DNA from: a virus
Taxonomy: Duplodnaviria; Caudoviricetes
Length of the DNA: 25,104 bases
Direction: 5' to 3' (one strand)
Virus record (IMG/VR): IMGVR_UViG_3300012952_000126
Coordinates: 1-25,104 of that record
Positions 8,546-15,562 of this stretch are shown here, one piece after another. Below the pieces are notes generated by a model. That model saw only the letters and a program-made list of their open reading frames with translations, was not told the DNA's origin and searched no databases. Position numbers and translations under genes: made by a program. Every line of letters starts with the position of its first letter. Positions within the stretch are counted from its first letter, which is position 1.

Positions 8546-9354
8546 GAGTTAATGTAGTCTGTAGTAAATGGGGAGATAGATATGGTCCACACTTTGTCAA
8601 CCGTCTTAAGAATATGGCTCGAAGGCATACTAATCCTAAACATGACTTCCATTTTTATTGTTATACAGATGATGCCGAAGGGCTGGATGAAGATGTTAAT
8701 GTTATACCATTTCCAGACATCGATACCATCCATCCTAAATATTGGTTCAGGACTGATGACTTTAAGTATGGCATGGCTAGATGTTGGGACAGACCTAAAA
8801 CAATGGTCTTCAATACTCACAATTTTGCAGCAGATAAGCCGACGGGACGTTTCGTCTTCTTTGATTTGGATGTAATAATACAGAACGATATAGAGCCTTT
8901 ACTGACCTATAATATGGAAAGACCAACAAAATTAAAAAGTTGGTGGCAAGACCCGCGCCCGATGAAGAGTCGGAGATTTAAATTAGCACACGGAGCATAT
9001 ACTAATGGCAGTTGTCAAGTATGGTCCGACGATCAAGCAGAATGTATATGGGAAGATGTCTTAAAATATAAAGAAAAGATATGGTTCACATATACAGACG
9101 GAACAGACAATTATCATAGTTGGCGCTGGGGTGATTTCGGAAAGAAACTCTGGGATCATTTCCCTAGCGATTATGCTTACTCCTATAATAGAGGAAGAAG
9201 CTGGGACGACGATGATTTAGAAACAGAAATATACAGAGAGACACCAATCCTTTGTGTATTTAATATAGACTTGTTACCATTTGATGATGGAACAAGAGGA
9301 CAAGTTAAACAAAATGAATTGGTAGACCCGAGGTTATTAGCACATTGGCAATAA
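8542..9354 (+). CDS. GT-A fold glycosyltransferase (paralog 3)
   Basis: 270 aa. VCSKWGDRY...FVNRL, FYCYTDD, FFDLDVII, GTDNYH, YSYNRG. GAGGT RBS. Confidence 0.85.
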   Translation: MRVNVVCSKWGDRYGPHFVNRLKNMARRHTNPKHDFHFYCYTDDAEGLDEDVNVIPFPDIDTIHPKYWFRTDDFKYGMARCWDRPKTMVFNTHNFAADKPTGRFVFFDLDVIIQNDIEPLLTYNMERPTKLKSWWQDPRPMKSRRFKLAHGAYTNGSCQVWSDDQAECIWEDVLKYKEKIWFTYTDGTDNYHSWRWGDFGKKLWDHFPSDYAYSYNRGRSWDDDDLETEIYRETPILCVFNIDLLPFDDGTRGQVKQNELVDPRLLAHWQ

Positions 9355-10025
9355 ACGTTTATACAGTTAAGTGGGGCAGTAAATATTCTGCCAAACATGT
9401 AAACAAGATATTAGAATCTTGTAAGGAGTTTATGTCTGATGATTTTAACTTTTATTGTTTAACTGAAAATCCAAAAGGATTAGAGGAAGAAGTAAATGTC
9501 ATTCCATTACCTAGAGGTAATACTCTACAAAAGTGGTGGAACAAAATGTATCTATTTGATGATAACGTTGTAAGACAAAAAGGAGAGAATTTATTCTTTG
9601 ACTTAGATATTATTATACAAAAGAACATAGATGATATTGTAAACTTTGACCCTGAAGATTGTTTATGTTTTGGCCAAACACATTGGCACGATTTAGAAAC
9701 ACAAGCAAAAGAAACTGAACACGTTCCTCATAGATATACAGATTTAAATTCTAGTATATTAAGATGGAATGATAACTTAGATAAAGAGAACATAACTCTT
9801 TATTTTAAAACACACAAAGAAAAGATTCTATGGTATTATAGAGGTATAGATAACTTCTTTATGCACAAAGGAATAGCAAGAATAAAATACTTTCCTATAG
9901 GTTGGTTTTATTCTTATAACCAAGGTTATATCTATCCTCATGATGTAGAGAAACATGTCTTTAGACAGATACCATATGTTTGTTTATTTGATTCAATGGG
10001 AAGAAAAGAAGATGTTAAATTTTAA
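9345..10025 (+). CDS. GT-A fold glycosyltransferase (paralog 4)
   Basis: 226 aa, TTG start with GAGGT upstream. VKWGSKY, FYCLTE, WWNKMYLF, FFDLDIII, LNSSILRW, YSYN. Confidence 0.85.
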   Translation: MAINVYTVKWGSKYSAKHVNKILESCKEFMSDDFNFYCLTENPKGLEEEVNVIPLPRGNTLQKWWNKMYLFDDNVVRQKGENLFFDLDIIIQKNIDDIVNFDPEDCLCFGQTHWHDLETQAKETEHVPHRYTDLNSSILRWNDNLDKENITLYFKTHKEKILWYYRGIDNFFMHKGIARIKYFPIGWFYSYNQGYIYPHDVEKHVFRQIPYVCLFDSMGRKEDVKF

Positions 10026-10683
10026 TTTTTTAAATAATATGAGGCATTGGGGAGACGGACTTGCTAAAGTCGAGCATGAAATGAAACACAAGCACGACGA
10101 TTTTAGACAAGCTCTAAATCCTAATACTATGGAAGCTGCCATATGGTTAGTAGAAGAACTAAAGAAAGCTTTAGACGAAAACTATATGAAAGAAGAACAA
10201 TATAATATTCTTGTGCTTAATAGCTGGTTAGGTATTCCAATGGTGCCTCTACTATGTGAGAATCTATCGGTGGGTGAATTGCACCTAGTTGACATAGATA
10301 ATGAAGCCTTAGAGCTCTCTAAGGTGTTTAATAAGCACTATATTGCCGAAGAATATATAAAGGTTAATCACTGGAATTTAGATATTCCATTTGCCTTTGA
10401 TGAGTTAAATCAACTCAAGGTAGATATAGTAATAACAATGGGTGCTGAACAGATGTATCCATTAAAAGAACTTAGAACTGCAAACAAACATGCAATATTC
10501 GCCGTTCAAAACTCTAATGTTATAGAAGAGATGTATGGTATTAATTGTGTGGATAGTGAGAAAGCATTAATAGAAAATGCAGGACTTAAGAATACTTTCT
10601 ATACTGGAAAACAAAAACAATTCTATTACGATTGGAATGGGAAGGTATACTTTGATAGGTTTATGGCAATTGGTAACAAGTAA
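10012..10683 (+). CDS. Class I SAM-dependent methyltransferase-like protein (divergent)
   Basis: Start reassigned to ATG 10012 (223 aa), which minimises overlap with the upstream gene. Rossmann-like pattern ILVLNSWLG...LHLVDID...DIVIT, plus INCV and RFMAIG near the C-terminus. Confidence 0.6.
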   Translation: MLNFNFLNNMRHWGDGLAKVEHEMKHKHDDFRQALNPNTMEAAIWLVEELKKALDENYMKEEQYNILVLNSWLGIPMVPLLCENLSVGELHLVDIDNEALELSKVFNKHYIAEEYIKVNHWNLDIPFAFDELNQLKVDIVITMGAEQMYPLKELRTANKHAIFAVQNSNVIEEMYGINCVDSEKALIENAGLKNTFYTGKQKQFYYDWNGKVYFDRFMAIGNK

Positions 10684-10903
10684 TAAATTAAGAAGAGCAC
10701 TACACGAAGCATCAGTGGATACCTTGATAGGCGCAATAATTATGTTCCCATTGAGTGTTGCAATTATTAAGGCATGCATTGACTACGCAGGCACCTCGTC
10801 TGAGATGGCTGCGTTTATTAATTTTCTGGGATTGACTGGTATTGCTATTGTTAGAAAAGCACTTGTTAGATTAAGATTTGAGAATAAGTATTCTAAAAAA
10901 TAA
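10670..10903 (+). CDS. Small membrane protein
   Basis: 3' part of the 108-aa ORF. Probable TTG start at 10670 with AGGT upstream (start uncertain). Two hydrophobic helices and a basic C-terminus (RALHEASVDTLIG...IVRKALVRLRF). Confidence 0.6.
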   Translation: MVTSNKLRRALHEASVDTLIGAIIMFPLSVAIIKACIDYAGTSSEMAAFINFLGLTGIAIVRKALVRLRFENKYSKK

Positions 10904-11051
10904 CGTGGTATTGTATAAATCCTGCAAATATATAAAGTGCAAGATATATAACTACACAAGCAACAAGTAATTTAAGCATAAACATTAAAAAGTTAGGCAA
11001 AAATTTTATTGCCACATATAATAATGCTATTAGTCCTATTATTTCAAGCAT
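10893..11051 (-). CDS. Small hydrophobic membrane protein (52 aa)
   Basis: Start reassigned to ATG 11051 with a GAGGA RBS. MLEIIGLIALLYVAIK... is almost entirely hydrophobic. Confidence 0.7.
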   Translation of the reverse strand: MLEIIGLIALLYVAIKFLPNFLMFMLKLLVACVVIYLALYIFAGFIQYHVIF

Positions 11052-11323
11052 GCTATTTCCTCTAAATGTTCTTCTACTTCCTCCCAAAGCATATGACCTT
11101 TAACGTCATCATTCCAACCTAATTTAGATTGGCCAATAAATGCTTTGCTACTATCCCAAGGAGCAATTTCCCATTTGTTAAGTTGATCACGACCTTTGTA
11201 TGGGCCTCCATAAGAACCGTCATGGCATATTACACTCATGCCATAACCATTCTTAAATTTATACTCTTTCTGAATACCATTATGAAATGGCCTCTGAGTC
11301 ATAGTCATTTGTATTACTTTCAT
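11039..11323 (-). CDS. Phage hypothetical protein (94 aa)
   Basis: Start reassigned to ATG 11323, a TAATG overlap with the upstream stop. Contains a YKFKNGYGMSVI...SYGG...WEIA motif that I recognise from small phage proteins. Confidence 0.7.
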   Translation of the reverse strand: MKVIQMTMTQRPFHNGIQKEYKFKNGYGMSVICHDGSYGGPYKGRDQLNKWEIAPWDSSKAFIGQSKLGWNDDVKGHMLWEEVEEHLEEIACLK

Positions 11324-11772
11324 TAAAAGTTTCCTGGTTCTACCTGTAAAGTTTTGATACCCATCTCTCTCCACATGTCAACGATTTGATTTCTATCGTC
11401 TAATGCAAAGTCAATGTTGTATCCTAAGATTGCAATATTGGCATTGTAGATATCTTTCTTAACTTCGAAGTCAGGTCTGTAATCATCACCACTTCTCATA
11501 AAAATATGATCGTATGGCACGTCATGCTTATCTAACCACTCCCTAGTCAATTCATAAACATCAACACCTTTCCTACTGTCAGGTCTACCTGAAGTAATTA
11601 AGATCTTGTAACCAACAGTTGAGTATAACCTAACCATATTAATAATATGATGATCAGGTCTATCTTCACCAACCAAATGGTATTCATGATGTCCTCTAGT
11701 TTGATTTCCATCCACATCAAAGTGATGTGCTAAAGTTCCATCGATGTCTACAATTAATGCGTCGTTTGTCAT
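11323..11772 (-). CDS. HAD-family phosphatase resembling the 3'-phosphatase domain of T4 polynucleotide kinase (stand-alone)
   Basis: DIDGTLA (DxDGT), TSGR, MR..DDYRPD..VK, DDRNQIVDMWR. No P-loop kinase domain. Confidence 0.85.
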   Translation of the reverse strand: MTNDALIVDIDGTLAHHFDVDGNQTRGHHEYHLVGEDRPDHHIINMVRLYSTVGYKILITSGRPDSRKGVDVYELTREWLDKHDVPYDHIFMRSGDDYRPDFEVKKDIYNANIAILGYNIDFALDDRNQIVDMWREMGIKTLQVEPGNF

Positions 11773-12200
11773 TATGCTGCCTCGATTTTTGCTAATCTTT
11801 CTTGTCTGTAATCCAGGGCACCTTCACCTAAGTAAATGTTGCCGTCTGTGTGTCTGAACAAAGTGCTAAGACTTTTTTCTTGGTCTTTGTTCTTTTGTAT
11901 TAGTGAGAACTCTGCTTGTTCCAAAGTTATAGCACCAATTTGAACAAAGTCTAATAACATGTCTGCGAATGGAACTTCACCGTTTGATTTCCATACTGTA
12001 AGACCATCTACTTGAGCTGTTTTTTCAAACTGCATTTCAATACTCTTATCCCAAATGTTACCATTAGGGTCTGCTCTAAGTTGATCTGTAAATAGAACAT
12101 CACCTGTAAAAGTTTTGTTCTCATCATGGATTGAAGCCATTCCGTAACGTTGTTTAGTTACTGTCTCGCCTGCTATTTTTACTTCGTTATCTAATATCAT
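11772..12200 (-). CDS. Hypothetical protein (142 aa), probably early
   Basis: GAGGA RBS, directly downstream of a sigma70-type promoter, TAATG-coupled to the HAD gene. Confidence 0.8.
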   Translation of the reverse strand: MILDNEVKIAGETVTKQRYGMASIHDENKTFTGDVLFTDQLRADPNGNIWDKSIEMQFEKTAQVDGLTVWKSNGEVPFADMLLDFVQIGAITLEQAEFSLIQKNKDQEKSLSTLFRHTDGNIYLGEGALDYRQERLAKIEAA

Positions 12201-12230
12201 CTAGTCCTCACTTTTTTATATTATGTGTAT

Positions 12231-12259
12231 ATTATGCAGTCTGACGGACCAGAAGTCAA
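12231..12259 (-). promoter_or_regulatory. Sigma70-type (early) promoter
   Basis: TTGACT (12259-12254), a 17-nt spacer and CATAAT (12236-12231), with an A-rich region upstream and the ATG 30 nt downstream. Confidence 0.8.
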
Positions 12260-12268
12260 GCATTTTTA

Positions 12269-12289
12269 CAAAAGATTTCAAATCTTTTG
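12269..12289. repeat. Perfect 10-bp inverted repeat
   Basis: CAAAAGATTT-C-AAATCTTTTG immediately upstream of the -35 box. A second small stem, CCCTT-N7-AAGGG, is adjacent (12290-12306). Confidence 0.8.
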
Positions 12290-12307
12290 CCCTTATAAAA
12301 CAAGGGT

Positions 12308-12973
12308 TTAGGAGAGATGTTCGGCAGATTCGCCTGAAATATCTTCAACCATGTTACGCCACATGTCCAAATGAGGGATAACAAAGCCAAATGTGAGCCT
12401 AGGTTCTCTAGTTCCAGCACAATGATAGTAGACTTTCTCACGTTCTCTGCCCCTACCATAGTAACCTACTTTACATGTCCAACCACCTGGGTCTTGCATA
12501 TGAACTACTTTATGTTCTGTTCTGTCCATACTAGGTTCTCTGTATTTAAAAAAGCCTGTGCCGTTTTCTGTGTAGGATAATAGTATGTTGTAACCATGTG
12601 CATTCCAATTATTGTGCCAGCCCATAAAACCACCTTCAGGATAGTAAACATGAACTGCTTGGAATGCTGCTCCTGTAAACATTAGAAGTTCATTAGATAT
12701 ATCCTCGTAAGGTTTCATAAATGGTTCACCATGTGCCTTTTGGTTCAAGTCATAAGCATAAGTCCATTCAGGAAAACCTTCATGTTCACCATCTTTTGCT
12801 ACAATTAGTTCCATGTATTCATCAGAACAATAGTAATCTATATCTCCTTCTTCGGGATATTTAGGATTATCTTTTGCTAGTTTATTTAAAGGACTAAGGT
12901 CTTGTTTGAAAAACCAATCCGAGTAGGGTGTTAGTATGTTTAATAATTCTTCTGATATACTTGTCTTAATCAT
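12308..12973 (-). CDS. 2OG-Fe(II) oxygenase-like (double-stranded beta-helix) protein
   Basis: 221 aa. YYPEGGFMGWHNN (H-x-N at the H-x-D position), distal YYHCA, and RLTFGF (candidate 2OG-binding Arg). Confidence 0.65.
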   Translation of the reverse strand: MIKTSISEELLNILTPYSDWFFKQDLSPLNKLAKDNPKYPEEGDIDYYCSDEYMELIVAKDGEHEGFPEWTYAYDLNQKAHGEPFMKPYEDISNELLMFTGAAFQAVHVYYPEGGFMGWHNNWNAHGYNILLSYTENGTGFFKYREPSMDRTEHKVVHMQDPGGWTCKVGYYGRGREREKVYYHCAGTREPRLTFGFVIPHLDMWRNMVEDISGESAEHLS

Positions 12974-13695
12974 TTCTTGTGAACAACATGTTGAGGTATT
13001 GTGTAATGATACATCACACGTTCCTCGTCTCCTAGTTCATCTTCTGTGTAACCATTAACAAAGTTCCATTTACAATGTAAATCTTCTGCCCACTTTACTC
13101 CATGTTCAGAGTTGTTAAGTAGTTTCCACATAGTGAACGTATCCCATTTTCTACAATCTTCGGGATAATTACCTATATCATTATCAGGGTCTTGTTGATA
13201 TAAAAATTCTCCATACCAACTATCCATCAATGCTAATGTTTGTGGGTTATTTCTATATATAAACATTCCACAGTGCGCTGTCATCTCTTCGGTATTAGTA
13301 AGTTTAGTTACCTTAGCATTATAAGGTCTTATTTTTGTAAATATTAAATCTAAATCATCTGGTAGTTGATCAAATATATTTTCTATTTCCTCACTCTCAC
13401 AAACCATATCAGCATCGAAATAAACTGTTTTACCTTTGTATGGTGTCTGAGATAATGCCCATAGTTTAGCTCTTATTTCGTTAGGAACTTCCCAATGAAC
13501 TATCCAATCTGCATGATTCCAATCAGTAGGTTTTATCCATTCTTCGTGAGAAGTATATACTGTAATATGTGCTTCTGGATAAAATAGTTTTATAGATTCA
13601 GCTAGTTCTATAGCTGCTGTATAAAATGCCTCGAACATAGAGGCAACGATAACAAATCCGTTATCTGGAAAATCAGGTAATTTTTCCTTCTTCAC
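12970..13695 (-). CDS. GT-A fold glycosyltransferase (GT8-like; different type from the plus-strand paralogs)
   Basis: 241 aa. A..LAESIK, RAKLWALSQTPY, TVYFDAD (DxD), HCGMFIY, WDTF, KWNF, MYHY. Confidence 0.8.
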   Translation of the reverse strand: MKKEKLPDFPDNGFVIVASMFEAFYTAAIELAESIKLFYPEAHITVYTSHEEWIKPTDWNHADWIVHWEVPNEIRAKLWALSQTPYKGKTVYFDADMVCESEEIENIFDQLPDDLDLIFTKIRPYNAKVTKLTNTEEMTAHCGMFIYRNNPQTLALMDSWYGEFLYQQDPDNDIGNYPEDCRKWDTFTMWKLLNNSEHGVKWAEDLHCKWNFVNGYTEDELGDEERVMYHYTIPQHVVHKK

Positions 13696-14170
13696 GCAGT
13701 CTCTCCATTAATAAAATAGTTGTGTAACCTTGAACTTCCATTGGAGTCTTTGCTTTACGAATTAGTCTTTTTAAATCTGTGTTAGTAGATTCTTTAACAA
13801 CAGGTATTTCAAATGACTCTAACTTAGCATTGAATAACATTTCTTGTCTTGCTCTTGCAGCTTGACTTTCCATTCTTTGCATACGTTTCTTTTTGTTTTC
13901 GTCTCTACGTTTTATACCTTCTTCTGTATTAGCATCTATTTGTTCCTCACCAAACTCTTCCATAATTCTTTTGTAGTCTGGATTAGAACCATCGTTATCT
14001 TGAACAGATGCTGTTGCTCTTGTTCCATTAGGATAGTTTATAGTAACGATGATATGTTTAGCTTCCTTATTGGACCAATAGGGAAATTCAAATTCGTATT
14101 TGTTTGTTTTTTCTTCTTGAGCTGGTGTAACGTCTAGATCGAGATCAATCTTTTTCTTCGCTTTAGCCAT
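13673..14170 (-). CDS. Hypothetical protein, possible tail-fibre assembly chaperone
   Basis: 165 aa, GGAG RBS, directly downstream of the repeat protein. PYWSN..KHIIVTI followed by a charged helical C-terminus loosely recalls Tfa-type chaperones. Function is weakly supported. Confidence 0.55.
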   Translation of the reverse strand: MAKAKKKIDLDLDVTPAQEEKTNKYEFEFPYWSNKEAKHIIVTINYPNGTRATASVQDNDGSNPDYKRIMEEFGEEQIDANTEEGIKRRDENKKKRMQRMESQAARARQEMLFNAKLESFEIPVVKESTNTDLKRLIRKAKTPMEVQGYTTILLMERLREEGKIT

Positions 14171-14191
14171 AATGTCTCCATAATATAAATG

Positions 14192-14199
14192 TATTTATA
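14192..14199 (-). promoter_or_regulatory. T4-type late promoter TATAAATA
   Basis: Exact consensus in the 35-nt intergenic gap upstream of the 165-aa/GT/oxygenase operon, within the inverted repeat ATATAAAT-GT-ATTTATAT (14183-14200). Confidence 0.75.
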
Positions 14200-14205
14200 T
14201 AAGTT

Positions 14206-15561
14206 TTAAGCAGTTCTTAACCACAGTTTTACCGATGCAACATTCTCTTCTGAGGATTGAACCGTATCACCTGCATAAGTTCCTGAATAACTGCCTGTGT
14301 AGTTACCTGAATATGTGCCTGTGTAATAACCTGTGTAAGTTCCAGAATATGTGCCTGCATAGTTAGAAGTTCCTGTATAGTAACCTGTGTAACTTCCTGT
14401 ATAAGTGCCTGCGTATGTTCCTGCATAGTTTTTAGCACCTGTATAATATCCTGTGTAGTTACCTGTATAGGTTCCTGCGTATGTTCCTGTATACCATGTG
14501 CCTGCATATCCTGAGTAAAACTGTCTATAGGAACCTGTGTAGTTTCCTGTATAGTTACCAGAGTATGTGCCTGAGTAACCTGATGTTCCTGTGTATGTTC
14601 CTGAATAGTTTCCTGTGTAGTTACCTGAGTAGGAACCTGCATAGTTTTTGGCACCTGAATATGTGCCTGAATAGTTTCCTGTGTAGTTACCTGCGTATGT
14701 CCCAGCGTAACCACCTGTATATGTTCCTGAATATGAACCTGTATAGTTAGATGAAGATACTACTTGTCTTGTATCTGTAAATGTGTCTCCCATCTGTGTC
14801 CAGGTTCCTGTTTCAGATGGTGTGCCTGATTGTAACTTATATGTTCCAACACCTTGTGTTGTGGAAAAGCCTTCAACAATTCTATTTCTAAAGTTAGGAA
14901 CAGTCTGTTCCATCTCAGCTACTGACATTTCTTTTATGCCATTAGTTCCTTCTACTTTGCAGGGTTTGTAGTTGTCTACTGCTGAGCTTGTTGCTGCTGT
15001 CTTTTGCCAAATATATTTTGTTACTGAATCGCCGTCGACTTGTGTATCGACTAATGTATATCTTGCTGTCCATGTGCCACCACTTGGTGCACTTGCGTTA
15101 AGTGAATATTGTCCTACAGTATAGTCGCCTTGTCCAACCATATCTGCAATTGCTTTATCTAGAATATCTGTATCTAGTTCTGAATCTGTAAACTCATGTA
15201 TACCTACAGTTCCTGAGGATTCATATCCTACTGGTCTGTTTGTAATACTTTCTGACGCTGCTGCTGTTACTTGTTTAGCTGTATAAACATTAACGTTGGA
15301 AGTTGCACCATCTGTTGGGTGAGTTCCAATTGCGTCGTCTCTTTTTGTATCTGTTATACTTCCAATCGTAGTTCCTGCACCGGAGCCATCAGTAGTAACA
15401 TTCAGTTCTGCTGTTCCTGTTCCATCTGTGTTGTCCGCGAAATCTTTTGTTAGTATTGCACTGTAATACTGTTCAATTTCAGTATCCGTCATCTCCTGCA
15501 AACCTTGGAAGTTTGAAGAGCTAACCGGATATGCCGATGCCTTGATTCGAAGTGGTCTCAT
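14206..15561 (-). CDS. Putative fibre-tip structural protein with three tandem modules and a Y-[TSA]-G-x repeat insert
   Basis: 451 aa. Modules begin RPLRI..GLQEMTDTEI, RPVGY..GIHEFTDSEL and KPCKV..GIKEMSVAEM. A 160-aa repeat lies inside module 3. Structural-gene context. Confidence 0.75.
   Translation of the reverse strand: MRPLRIKASAYPVSSSNFQGLQEMTDTEIEQYYSAILTKDFADNTDGTGTAELNVTTDGSGAGTTIGSITDTKRDDAIGTHPTDGATSNVNVYTAKQVTAAASESITNRPVGYESSGTVGIHEFTDSELDTDILDKAIADMVGQGDYTVGQYSLNASAPSGGTWTARYTLVDTQVDGDSVTKYIWQKTAATSSAVDNYKPCKVEGTNGIKEMSVAEMEQTVPNFRNRIVEGFSTTQGVGTYKLQSGTPSETGTWTQMGDTFTDTRQVVSSSNYTGSYSGTYTGGYAGTYAGNYTGNYSGTYSGAKNYAGSYSGNYTGNYSGTYTGTSGYSGTYSGNYTGNYTGSYRQFYSGYAGTWYTGTYAGTYTGNYTGYYTGAKNYAGTYAGTYTGSYTGYYTGTSNYAGTYSGTYTGYYTGTYSGNYTGSYSGTYAGDTVQSSEENVASVKLWLRTA
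14266..14745 (-). repeat. Degenerate 12-nt coding tandem repeat (38 Tyr-led units, mostly Y-[TSA]-G-x)
   Basis: Counted from the translation: 38 units, 160 aa, four 6-residue units and an irregular centre YRQFYSGYAGTW. Confidence 0.95.
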
Positions 15562-15562
15562 A

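Noticed and set aside
6685-11326. Short ORFs 6685-6888, 8386-8820, 8582-8875, 9183-9398, 10567-10779 and 11129-11326
   Set aside because: They overlap better-supported genes in antisense or alternative frames.
12290-12306. CCCTT-N7-AAGGG stem as a rho-independent terminator
   Set aside because: Only a 5-bp stem, with no U-tract on the transcribed (minus) strand; recorded as a structure of unknown role.
5470-13695. Reading the enzyme cluster as a DNA hypermodification locus
   Set aside because: Disfavoured, not excluded. No nucleotide-modifying genes (hydroxymethylase, thymidylate synthase homolog, kinase) are visible, the promoters are late-type, and the context is structural.
12256-14137. 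ORFs 12256-12459, 12371-12580 and 13844-14137
   Set aside because: They overlap the oxygenase, the promoter region or the 165-aa gene and have no independent support.
14266-14745. The tandem repeat as a CRISPR array, DGR target or RiPP precursor
   Set aside because: There are no constant repeats with unique spacers, and variation respects codon structure. No reverse transcriptase or template copy is in the window. The tract is embedded in a structural protein with no leader or cleavage pattern.
14229-14750. Alternative-frame ORFs over the repeat (14229-14714 minus, 14481-14750 plus) as overlapping or frameshift products
   Set aside because: A 12-nt periodic repeat keeps other frames open automatically; I saw no RBS or slippery site.
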